The notes under the pieces are model-generated. The model searched no databases. It was not told the origin of the DNA and was given only the letters and a program-made list of their open reading frames with translations. From a virus (taxonomy: Duplodnaviria; Heunggongvirae; Uroviricota; Caudoviricetes): DNA of 17,290 nucleotides. The position numbers and the translations under genes are program-made. Shown piece after piece: positions 9,075 to 17,290 of this stretch. Location of the stretch: IMG/VR virus record IMGVR_UViG_2925450510_000002. One strand, given 5' to 3'. How positions within the stretch are numbered: position 1 is the stretch's first letter; every line of letters starts with the position of its first letter.

Positions 9075-9105
9075 TCCCCTCCTGTTTTTGAAACAGATTA
9101 GGGGA
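9075..9105 (-). promoter_or_regulatory. Hairpin sequestering the Shine-Dalgarno of the protease gene
   Basis: mRNA 5'-UCCCCU AAU CUGUUU CAA AAACAG G AGGGGA A AUG: two 6-bp stems that pair the SD. Confidence 0.55.
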
Positions 9106-9115
9106 TTAAATGAGC

Positions 9116-9298
9116 TTAATCACTACCGCTTGGTGTTTTAACGTTAAATGCATTGTCGGCGGGATTTTCTGGGGAAAATCTTTCTCCATTAACGGGGTAA
9201 TTAATAAAAATATCCCCCGTTCTCTCCTGTTCACATTTCAGGTCTTCGCAAGGGATAGGCGGATGATCAATTTTTACACCGGTGAGAAAATTTGACAT
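9116..9298 (-). CDS. 60-aa ORF, possible leader peptide or partner of the protease
   Basis: ATG with an upstream AGGGTAGGT SD-like tract. Fills the gap between two genes in the operon direction. No recognisable domain. Confidence 0.45.
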   Translation of the reverse strand: MSNFLTGVKIDHPPIPCEDLKCEQERTGDIFINYPVNGERFSPENPADNAFNVKTPSGSD

Positions 9299-9347
9299 AA
9301 CGCTTACCTACCCTGCCTTTAAGCACATAAAATAGCGAGCAACCAGA

Positions 9348-9689
9348 TTACTTCACCTTCCGACAGTCGTACGTCCAGAACTCTCTGGGCTCGTCCATGT
9401 TCTTGCGGATCACTTCGACGTTGAGGATGGCCTTATTGTTGCGCTTAACGTAGTCGAGACCTAGCCAACGCCCTGTTTTGGCGTCTGGGAGCATCCATTG
9501 CATCATGACGTTATCGAAGTCGTCTTTTTGCTTGAGGAAGGTCATTTTCTGCGTTTCAGGGGCTTGTCCGTTGATATGCATCAACCCATCGCTTTCGCCC
9601 TTTAAGAAAAAAGGTCCGCATTGAGTGGCAGAAAAAGCTCCGCAGGAATAAAACACCCCAAAGACCAAAAATATTCCTAATTTTTTCAT
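9348..9689 (-). CDS. Small exported protein (Sec signal peptide, probable terminal disulfide)
   Basis: MKK + hydrophobic core + AFS/A cleavage-like site. Mature part has Cys near both ends (TQCG, YDCRK). TGATG overlap with the hub gene. Confidence 0.8.
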   Translation of the reverse strand: MKKLGIFLVFGVFYSCGAFSATQCGPFFLKGESDGLMHINGQAPETQKMTFLKQKDDFDNVMMQWMLPDAKTGRWLGLDYVKRNNKAILNVEVIRKNMDEPREFWTYDCRKVK

Positions 9690-10711
9690 CAGCCAACCTT
9701 GTTTAAAGTGCTCAGGCTTTGCAGTTCTCTAGCCCCTTTCGCCAGACACAGCAGGTCCATATACCACGCCTGCCCGCGAGTATCGCCAGTATAGTCAATG
9801 CTGCCGACAATGTAATCACCGTCGGTATTGATTGCCGCCAGCTGCGACCCGGGAAGCCCATCGACATAGATGTTACCGTCTGTGGTACTTTCGCCTAATA
9901 GACCTGGTGACTGACCAACCTGATCATTACCGAGAGCCTGACGATATACAGAAGCCTGATCCAGCCTGATAAGCCCCCCAAGCTTAATATTCGGGTTTAT
10001 CAGACAGCGCACATTTACCCCGGCGCCCATCGTCTGCTGAGGCATACCGATCAGGCCCGTATTGGCGTTCAGCACAATCGCTTCCTGTATGTACTTATCA
10101 TCAGGAACGATATGCACCTGGTTGTTTTCGTACCACCAGTTAGCCTTGCACTGCCCTGCAAGGCTGTACATAAGGCGTCCAGTGTTCTGATAAATAGTGC
10201 GGCCGCGGGGGAATACAGTTGGACCAAAATCCGGCCTGCTTCCCTCTGTAATGCCATAAGGGCTAAGGGACTGCATACCCAAATCAAACAGGTCAGCATG
10301 CTTCCAGCCTGCCGACACTGTCGTTTTCACGCTGGCGTTGAGATGCCCCTCCCAGCCATCAATACACTGGATAAGCACCCAACTATCGGTGACGTTATCT
10401 TTGCCGGTGACGGTAAAGCGAATATCACCGTTAAAGATGATCCCCACATTTTTATCAGGATAGTTGCCGCTGCTATCTGCTGTGCCGTTATACCCGGCAA
10501 TAGCCCTTACACGAGTAAACTCTTTACCCATGATCCGGTTTTGAGTCTCCGGCGACAGATTGTAGATTTTGAAGTTACCGACGAATCCGTTAAAGATAGT
10601 CGCGGGCATCTTCTGGATATTAAACGTCACCTTAAAATCCGACAGCGAAATCCCATCACCCTTATCATCAATAAGCTGCAGCTCAAAGTGCCGCATCCAG
10701 TTCTGAGACAT
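9689..10711 (-). CDS. Baseplate hub protein (340 aa)
   Basis: Start at ATG 10711 with RBS GGAG. Motifs KIYNLSPET, IFNGDIR, TGLIGMPQQT..GVNVRCLINP and YTGDTRGQAWY. Position between plug and spike. Confidence 0.8.
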   Translation of the reverse strand: MSQNWMRHFELQLIDDKGDGISLSDFKVTFNIQKMPATIFNGFVGNFKIYNLSPETQNRIMGKEFTRVRAIAGYNGTADSSGNYPDKNVGIIFNGDIRFTVTGKDNVTDSWVLIQCIDGWEGHLNASVKTTVSAGWKHADLFDLGMQSLSPYGITEGSRPDFGPTVFPRGRTIYQNTGRLMYSLAGQCKANWWYENNQVHIVPDDKYIQEAIVLNANTGLIGMPQQTMGAGVNVRCLINPNIKLGGLIRLDQASVYRQALGNDQVGQSPGLLGESTTDGNIYVDGLPGSQLAAINTDGDYIVGSIDYTGDTRGQAWYMDLLCLAKGARELQSLSTLNKVG

Positions 10712-10713
10712 AA

Positions 10714-11016
10714 TCACTCCGTTACTGCGTAGAGATGGCTTTTAATGCCGAGGTCTGTTTGGGTTGGATTATCATTTGCCGGGTCGTCGCAATTGACATA
10801 GAGCGAAAAGCCAAGCCCGAGATAGCGATACTGCGCCAACAGGTTGGCGCCGGTGATAAGCGGGATCCCCTTTATCAGGTCGGCCCCGGTACTGTCCATG
10901 ATATCCAGACACCAGAAAGCAGCACGCCAGGTGACAGCCATTTGCAGACTTTGACCTGCCACAGATATGGAGAATCGCTGGTTTTCTGGTGACAGAGGGA
11001 TTTCTGAAACAGCCAT
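10714..11016 (-). CDS. Small baseplate (plug-like) protein, 100 aa
   Basis: EIPLSPENQRF..W.LDI...GIPLITGANLLAQYRYLG pattern. Canonical position. Confidence 0.72.
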   Translation of the reverse strand: MAVSEIPLSPENQRFSISVAGQSLQMAVTWRAAFWCLDIMDSTGADLIKGIPLITGANLLAQYRYLGLGFSLYVNCDDPANDNPTQTDLGIKSHLYAVTE

Positions 11017-11616
11017 TTAACCTCCCGAGATGAAGCCGACAAACCGGCTTAGTAGCGACTCATCTTTCGGAGTCGGCGTCTTTACTCCTGAATTTTGCAC
11101 CGCTGACGTGTTTACCCCCTCTTTCATATTTTCCTTCGCTGCCACGCTGACTGTCTGCGTTTGGCTGGTGATTATTTCCCTCAGTGTAACTGTCGCCATC
11201 AGTACGTTTTCGCTGGTACGTTCGGTCGTCACATCCAGAGAGCGGATCACCATATTGGTATAAAGACGTTTCCCGGTGGTCACATCAAGCAATTGCCTTT
11301 CCTGCTGCATTTTGAGCAGCTCAGCATAGACTTCCTTAGGCCCCATGTTGTTAAGGGGCGTAGACAGCCCGATGCCTGCTGTATCATAAAAATCCAGCAA
11401 GGAACCACCACCAGCAAAGCCTATCTCCATAACGACTTCTGACGGGCGCCGATACGCATGGTCTGCAATGAACCCTGTGCCTGCGCTTGTAGGCCTTTCA
11501 ACTGGATGCTCTGTCACCTCCAGAGCATCGCTATGACGCTCTGAAACCACCACATCGGGTATCATCAGACCAATACGGCGGCTCCGCTGCTGGAAAATGG
11601 TTGAAAGAATATCCAT
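11017..11616 (-). CDS. Baseplate / tube-initiator (Dit-like) protein
   Basis: VVVSERHSDALEVTEHPVE..IADHAYRRP..VTTGKRLYTNMVI pattern. TGATG overlap with the tape measure gene. Confidence 0.72.
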   Translation of the reverse strand: MDILSTIFQQRSRRIGLMIPDVVVSERHSDALEVTEHPVERPTSAGTGFIADHAYRRPSEVVMEIGFAGGGSLLDFYDTAGIGLSTPLNNMGPKEVYAELLKMQQERQLLDVTTGKRLYTNMVIRSLDVTTERTSENVLMATVTLREIITSQTQTVSVAAKENMKEGVNTSAVQNSGVKTPTPKDESLLSRFVGFISGG

Positions 11617-13619
11617 CAGCTCGGCCCCCGGGTTAGTTGCTGGGTAGCGCGTGCATTAACGTTGCCCTGGCTTTCAGAGACGATTTTCCCCGCCTCTCTC
11701 GGATCGCTGACACCAGAAATGTTGATAACGGTATTCTGGTTCAATGTCGCCCCAGCCCCCGGCATATTGCTCAACACTTTCGGGATATATTGCCTGGTTT
11801 CCTGCGGCATCAGCGCCATGCCGTACTTCTGCACATTACCGATGCCCCAGTTATAGGAGGCCAGAGTTTTATTCAGATCACCGCCGTTCTTCTGCAGGAG
11901 CATCGAAAGATATCGCGCCGCTGCTTCCGCTGACTTGATCGGGTCGAAGACATCATTCCCGCGTAGCCCCATATCCCGAGCGGTTCCAGGCATAAACTGG
12001 AACAATCCCTGTGCGCCAGCACCAGAAACAGCGAACTGGTTACCGCCAGACTCTGTAAGGGCTACGCTACGCAGCAGGCCCGCAGGGAGGTTGTACAGCG
12101 CTTCCAGCTTACCCATCATCGGAGCCATCCAGCCCAGCAACTGAGCGCCTGCTTTAGTGGCCTGAGGTCGTTTAACAGACTGCCCGTATTGAGTAGCGTC
12201 AGCGCCAAACCAGCCAGTAACGGCTTGACCAATACTGCGAGGGTCAAACCCGGTTTTATTCTGAATCCAGTCCGCAGCTCTATTGGCGCTGTCTGTCACC
12301 GCGTTTGATGGTGTCGGCTCGCCGCCCTGATTCAGCAGCTGTCTGGCGTAAGCTGCCGCGTCTGACCAGCGACCTTCATCAATCGCATTGAGAAGCTTGC
12401 CTATGGTATCCAGCATCTTGTTCAGCTCATTGAACTGCTTCTTCAGACTGTCGAATTCGAACTTAATCGACCATGTTTTAGGGTCGATACCGAAAAGCTT
12501 AATCAGCTCATCTTTAAGGCGCTTCACACCAGTCCATAGTTTTTCAATGGCGTTAAGCGCCAGAGTTATCGCCGGTTCCCACGACTTCCAGTCGATGAGG
12601 CTTTTACCGCCTTCCTTCCAGGTCTTGTAATCGTCGTACAGCACCAGGATGGCGCCTGCGAGCGCCAGCACCCAGGTAATCGGAGAGGCAAGCATTGCCG
12701 CATTCAGCAATCGCCAGGCTACAAGCAAGCCACCAAGCGTCTGAATAAGCTTTTGTGTGTCGCTATCCAGCCCGATCCACCAGGCCCGGATATCACTGGC
12801 GGCCTGAATAAGGCGGTAAATTACCCTGCCTACCATCTCACCAGCCCAGAGAATTCCTTTCACGGTACCGGTTATTGCGCCTTCAATTTTCGGGAAGTTT
12901 TCCAGAATTTGTCGACGCAGCCTGTCCAGAGAGCCAGCAAGGCCATCAGCGAGGCTGGAGCCTATTTTATCCCGCGCCATGCCTGCCATCAGCCCAAAGG
13001 AGCGCAGCGAGGTCATGAATTTATTAGAGCTGACGGCGGCCACATCGGCGTTATAGCCGATCGCCTTCGCCATCGCGGTGTATTCGCCACTAAACTGGCC
13101 GATACCGCGACGCATTGCCATCAGGGTGTTTTCATCCAGACCCAGCATTTGAGCGTACTGGTTCGCGCGGTAATACGGCATGCTGCTAAGACGCTGGCCG
13201 ACGCCGGTAAAGATCGTCGCCATGTCCCGCATATTGCCGCTGGCATCACGCGTTTGAACCCCCAGCCGGTTCAGGAAACCTTCCGCGCCTGGGTTATTGC
13301 GGATAAACCGTGCCAGATTCTCAAGCGATCCACGCGCTGAGTCGGCGCTGCCGCCTACCTGGCTAACTGCATACCCGATTTGCTTGATGCCCTCTACCGT
13401 CGCTCCGGTGCGCTGAGAGGCCCAATAGAGGTTGTCGAGGCTGCTGGCTATTTTGGCGGTGAACGCGACAACAGAAAGCGCTGCCGCTTCGACCTTGACG
13501 CCTAGCTCAATCGCTTTCAGCGTCGTACCCGCCACTACAGCATCGAACTTTTTAGCACCGGCCTCATCAACGTTAAACCCAAGCGAGATCAGAAAGTCCT
13601 TGAGCGTTTCAGCGTTCAT
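11616..13619 (-). CDS. Tape measure protein with C-terminal lytic transglycosylase (SLT) domain
   Basis: 667 aa, helical and Ala/Gly-rich, with a hydrophobic segment. SLT motifs TES (catalytic Glu), GAQGLFQFMPGTA and ASYNWG. Confidence 0.9.
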   Translation of the reverse strand: MNAETLKDFLISLGFNVDEAGAKKFDAVVAGTTLKAIELGVKVEAAALSVVAFTAKIASSLDNLYWASQRTGATVEGIKQIGYAVSQVGGSADSARGSLENLARFIRNNPGAEGFLNRLGVQTRDASGNMRDMATIFTGVGQRLSSMPYYRANQYAQMLGLDENTLMAMRRGIGQFSGEYTAMAKAIGYNADVAAVSSNKFMTSLRSFGLMAGMARDKIGSSLADGLAGSLDRLRRQILENFPKIEGAITGTVKGILWAGEMVGRVIYRLIQAASDIRAWWIGLDSDTQKLIQTLGGLLVAWRLLNAAMLASPITWVLALAGAILVLYDDYKTWKEGGKSLIDWKSWEPAITLALNAIEKLWTGVKRLKDELIKLFGIDPKTWSIKFEFDSLKKQFNELNKMLDTIGKLLNAIDEGRWSDAAAYARQLLNQGGEPTPSNAVTDSANRAADWIQNKTGFDPRSIGQAVTGWFGADATQYGQSVKRPQATKAGAQLLGWMAPMMGKLEALYNLPAGLLRSVALTESGGNQFAVSGAGAQGLFQFMPGTARDMGLRGNDVFDPIKSAEAAARYLSMLLQKNGGDLNKTLASYNWGIGNVQKYGMALMPQETRQYIPKVLSNMPGAGATLNQNTVINISGVSDPREAGKIVSESQGNVNARATQQLTRGPS

Positions 13620-13854
13620 TGTCCTCTCTCCATTTCGCTATGCGGTATTCGTTATCGGCTTTTAGGTCCAGCCAGTCATTCATGCGGGCAACATCGGCCA
13701 GGTCGACCGAGCCGTCTTTAAGTGCGGTGTAAGTGATGTATCCGGCATCAACCGGGCGCATCAGGAAGCTTTCGCCTTCAGGAAGAGTTTCCAGCGTCAG
13801 GCCACTGGCGGGGTGGACGTCTCGCTGGCGGGGAGTTCTTTCAAAAAATTTCCC
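13609..13854 (-). CDS. -1-frame extension of the tail assembly chaperone (gpGT analogue; DUF6889-like), missing from the ORF track
   Basis: Frame is open from the slippery site to TGA 13609: ..LPEGESFLMRPVDAGYITYTALKDGSVDLADVARMNDWLDLKADNEYRIAKWREDNER*. It overlaps the tape measure start. Confidence 0.75.
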   Translation of the reverse strand, partial: GKFFERTPRQRDVHPASGLTLETLPEGESFLMRPVDAGYITYTALKDGSVDLADVARMNDWLDLKADNEYRIAKWREDNER

Positions 13855-14222
13855 AGACTATCGGCGACCACCCGCGCCACCAGCTGCAGCATGGTAAACA
13901 GGTCCGTATCGTCGAACATCAGTACGCCCTGATCGAACACCTTCGTCCAGCCCTTTTCGTGCTGGCGGGAAACGACGCTCAGGCACGGATAAATCACCGC
14001 GTTAACGTCCTCATCCGGCAGCGCGGCCAGCGTATCGGCAATTTTCGGCAGTACGCTTTCCAGCACTGCACCAGAGTTACCCGCAGCGGCCTGCGCTTTC
14101 AGCGTGGAAAATTCACTAACGAGCCCGGCCAGCACCGGCAGCAGCTTACGGCTGACCTTCAGTTGCTGGAATACGTCAAGTTTGGCGGTTCGGTAATTAA
14201 CCCCTTTGATTTCAAATTCCAT
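13797..14222 (-). CDS. Tail assembly chaperone (gpG analogue)
   Basis: 141 aa between tube and tape measure, with a slippery sequence near the 3' end. Confidence 0.85.
   Translation of the reverse strand: MEFEIKGVNYRTAKLDVFQQLKVSRKLLPVLAGLVSEFSTLKAQAAAGNSGAVLESVLPKIADTLAALPDEDVNAVIYPCLSVVSRQHEKGWTKVFDQGVLMFDDTDLFTMLQLVARVVADSLGNFLKELPASETSTPPVA
13842..13854 (-). promoter_or_regulatory. Programmed -1 ribosomal frameshift site
   Basis: G GGA AAT TTT TTG: two in-frame XXXYYYZ heptamers (GGGAAAT and TTTTTTG) sharing one base. Confidence 0.7.
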
Positions 14223-14482
14223 CTGTTAAAACTCCCCCAGCAGTTGGTCAATCTTGCCGCAGTCAAAAACCCACGACACTGTGTTACCAACCTTTGCGTT
14301 GGCGTGATCCGGCTGTTTCTGGAAGGCGCAGGAACGCGCTGTCGAGATGTCGCCAGAGACTTTGTTTCGCACTACGATGACGTTGTTACCCCAGGTGGCT
14401 GAAGACTGGCTCTGTGCGTTGTACATCAGAGACAGTTTTTTGTTGACCGGGGAGGTCTTAAGCAGCGTTACCGTGATGGTGC

Positions 14483-14508
14483 TGTTGTGGTCAAATTTAA
14501 ATGGACAC
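14483..14508 (+). repeat. IS left inverted repeat
   Basis: TGTTGTGGTCAAATTTAAATGGACAC; 22/26 match to the reverse complement of IRR. Confidence 0.9.
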
Positions 14509-14548
14509 TTTGATCGGGTGTTTTCCCCCCGACAAGGAACATGAAGAG

Positions 14549-15742
<1,194 letters not shown>

Positions 15743-15760
15743 CCCTACCATCTGATCGGC

Positions 15761-15786
15761 GTGTCCAAAAAAACTTGACCACAACA
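15761..15786 (-). repeat. IS right inverted repeat
   Basis: Reverse complement TGTTGTGGTCAAGTTTTTTTGGACAC. Confidence 0.9.
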
Positions 15787-15983
15787 TGCCGCTCTTACCG
15801 GCGTGAAGGCTGTGCATCACTTCCCCGTCGGCGCCTACGGTCATGGTGTTTTTTGCCTCTGCCATGACTACGGTGATCCCCTCTTCGGAGTTCGCCGAGC
15901 CGTAACCCAGATCGATACTGCCGGTCGGGCCCGTCAGGGATGCAGAGACGTCAATAAAAGAGTAAGTAGACATTTAGTTCCCC

Positions 15984-17129
15984 TTAACGGACCACGTTGA
16001 TCTGCACGTCGCCATAATGAATAGCGCCAGCCAGCTTGATCGCCGCCTGAATTACCGGCGACTTACGCGCTTCCCTGTCGGATTGAGCCTGGTTAGCTAC
16101 CGCGTCGGCGTAGACGTAGTAACCCTTGGTCAGGGTATCCCCGGATTCAATCTGGCCAATCGGGCCACCGTTCCAGACACCCGGAGCAATGAGGCCGTTA
16201 TTTACCGCCTGATCCAGTGAGGCTTCGACGTTGGTCATTAACCGGGTTACGCCTGCGTCGGTCTGCGGGATTTTGGTGGCCGAGGTGTAAAGCAGGTTAT
16301 AGAGATTGGTCTGAACGTAGTTCTGCAGCCAGTCCAGGCCATGCCGCTCATCAAAGAAATCACCGTTCGCCATCACACCCTGCTGGATAATCGCTGTATC
16401 GTTGGCGTAGTAGACGTAGACGTTACCGTTAATAGCATCAATAGCGGACGCCTGTGCGGTCGTCAGCGTTTCGTGCGTCACGCCCGGCTCGGTTTTGAAC
16501 TTCAGGGTGATCGTGGTGTTGTTGCCGGTGAAATTCACCGTAAACGCACGGCCAAATGCCGAGATAGCGGCGTATTTGCTGCTGGAGCTGTACTGCCAGA
16601 ACGTACGGCTGTAGCCGGCGGCTTTCAGCTTATAGCCGATGTTGTCGGTATTCCCCGAGACCAGCACATTCACATCAGCAGTGGTAACGGCCAGAATGCG
16701 GCTTAAGCTGGATGCCTCAATAGCAGCAGCAACGGAAATCACGTCAGCCTCAACCAGATCGGCGCTGTCGGCAATTGCCAGCCCGTACCAGTTGGTATAC
16801 TGAAGGCAGGCATTAACGGCCTGTAGCAAGGTTTCCACCGCCCCGGCCTCTCCTTCCGCCAGCGTCTTCGCCCAACGGCCGATATAGACCAGCGTGGGTT
16901 TTGGTGATTGTGAAAAGAAGATGGTCGCTGCTTCGTATTCCGGGGAGTCAGCGCCAAAATCATCGCCGATATCTTCAATGGCCGAATACTGGCGAATGCG
17001 CTCGGTAACCGGAATAACGGTAGAGGTTCCCAGAATGAGGAGCGCACCGAAGTTTCGCCCCGTTGCCGCTACCGGTGACATGATGACGTCAACGTTAACG
17101 ACATTGGAAACAGGTAAGCCCTGTGCCAT
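15984..17129 (-). CDS. Tail sheath protein (DUF3383 family), 381 aa
   Basis: [52 protein letters not shown] and AGAIH motifs. Lies directly upstream of the tube gene. Confidence 0.9.
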   Translation of the reverse strand: MAQGLPVSNVVNVDVIMSPVAATGRNFGALLILGTSTVIPVTERIRQYSAIEDIGDDFGADSPEYEAATIFFSQSPKPTLVYIGRWAKTLAEGEAGAVETLLQAVNACLQYTNWYGLAIADSADLVEADVISVAAAIEASSLSRILAVTTADVNVLVSGNTDNIGYKLKAAGYSRTFWQYSSSSKYAAISAFGRAFTVNFTGNNTTITLKFKTEPGVTHETLTTAQASAIDAINGNVYVYYANDTAIIQQGVMANGDFFDERHGLDWLQNYVQTNLYNLLYTSATKIPQTDAGVTRLMTNVEASLDQAVNNGLIAPGVWNGGPIGQIESGDTLTKGYYVYADAVANQAQSDREARKSPVIQAAIKLAGAIHYGDVQINVVR

Positions 17130-17132
17130 GTT

Positions 17133-17290
17133 TTAATCTCCAAAAAATTGCACTGGCGCGTCGACCAGCGATTGAATGCCGTACTGGCGGATGATTTTGC
17201 GGCGCAGGTCAACGCTGATATCGTACCGGCGCACCCACTGGTTATTGATGAGTTCGGGCAGATTGAGGATCCGCCCATGCTGCAGAAATG
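17133..17290 (-). CDS. 3' end of a tail completion / neck terminator-type gene (partial)
   Basis: Open frame FLQHGRILNLPELINNQWVRRYDISVDLRRKIIRQYGIQSLVDAPVQFFGD* ends 3 nt before the sheath ATG. PELINNQWVRRYD is typical of this gene position. Confidence 0.7.
   Translation of the reverse strand, partial: FLQHGRILNLPELINNQWVRRYDISVDLRRKIIRQYGIQSLVDAPVQFFGD

Noticed and set aside
9273-9323. Possible antisense promoter (TTGACA at 9292-9297, or TTTACA-17-CATAAC) for a sok-like RNA
   Set aside because: TTGACA has no -10 at 16-18 nt, and CATAAC lacks both conserved Ts. Not supportable without RNA data.
5480-10717. Longer ORF-track starts at 5497, 7876 and 10717
   Set aside because: ATGs at 5479, 7798 and 10711 have better RBS or stop-start coupling and avoid long overlaps.
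10112-10732. 206-aa plus-strand ORF, and similar ones (12753..13340, 13959..14402, 8088..8441, 6661..7044, 4035..4397)
   Set aside because: Antisense shadows of well-supported phage genes, with no recognisable motifs.

Overview
Tail module of a contractile-tailed (myovirus-type) prophage of Enterobacteriaceae, most resembling Klebsiella prophages. All phage genes are on the minus strand. From right to left: partial tail-completion gene, DUF3383 sheath, DUF3277 tube, tail assembly chaperone with a -1 frameshift extension, tape measure with a lytic transglycosylase domain, baseplate genes, a glycine-rich short fibre with a small partner, a ~1007-aa tailspike/depolymerase, a LamG/ConA-like protein, a 69-aa ORF and a LexA-controlled small gene. 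The prophage looks defective as sequenced: a 1304-bp IS3-family element (TGC duplication) splits the tube gene, and the tailspike has a 1-nt frameshift. The most interesting accessory element is a ~38% GC cassette between baseplate hub and spike: a 60-codon ORF, a hairpin that buries the Shine-Dalgarno of the next gene, a stand-alone FtsH-type (M41) zinc protease domain, and an intrinsic terminator. All family names come from motif recognition and gene order, not from database searches.
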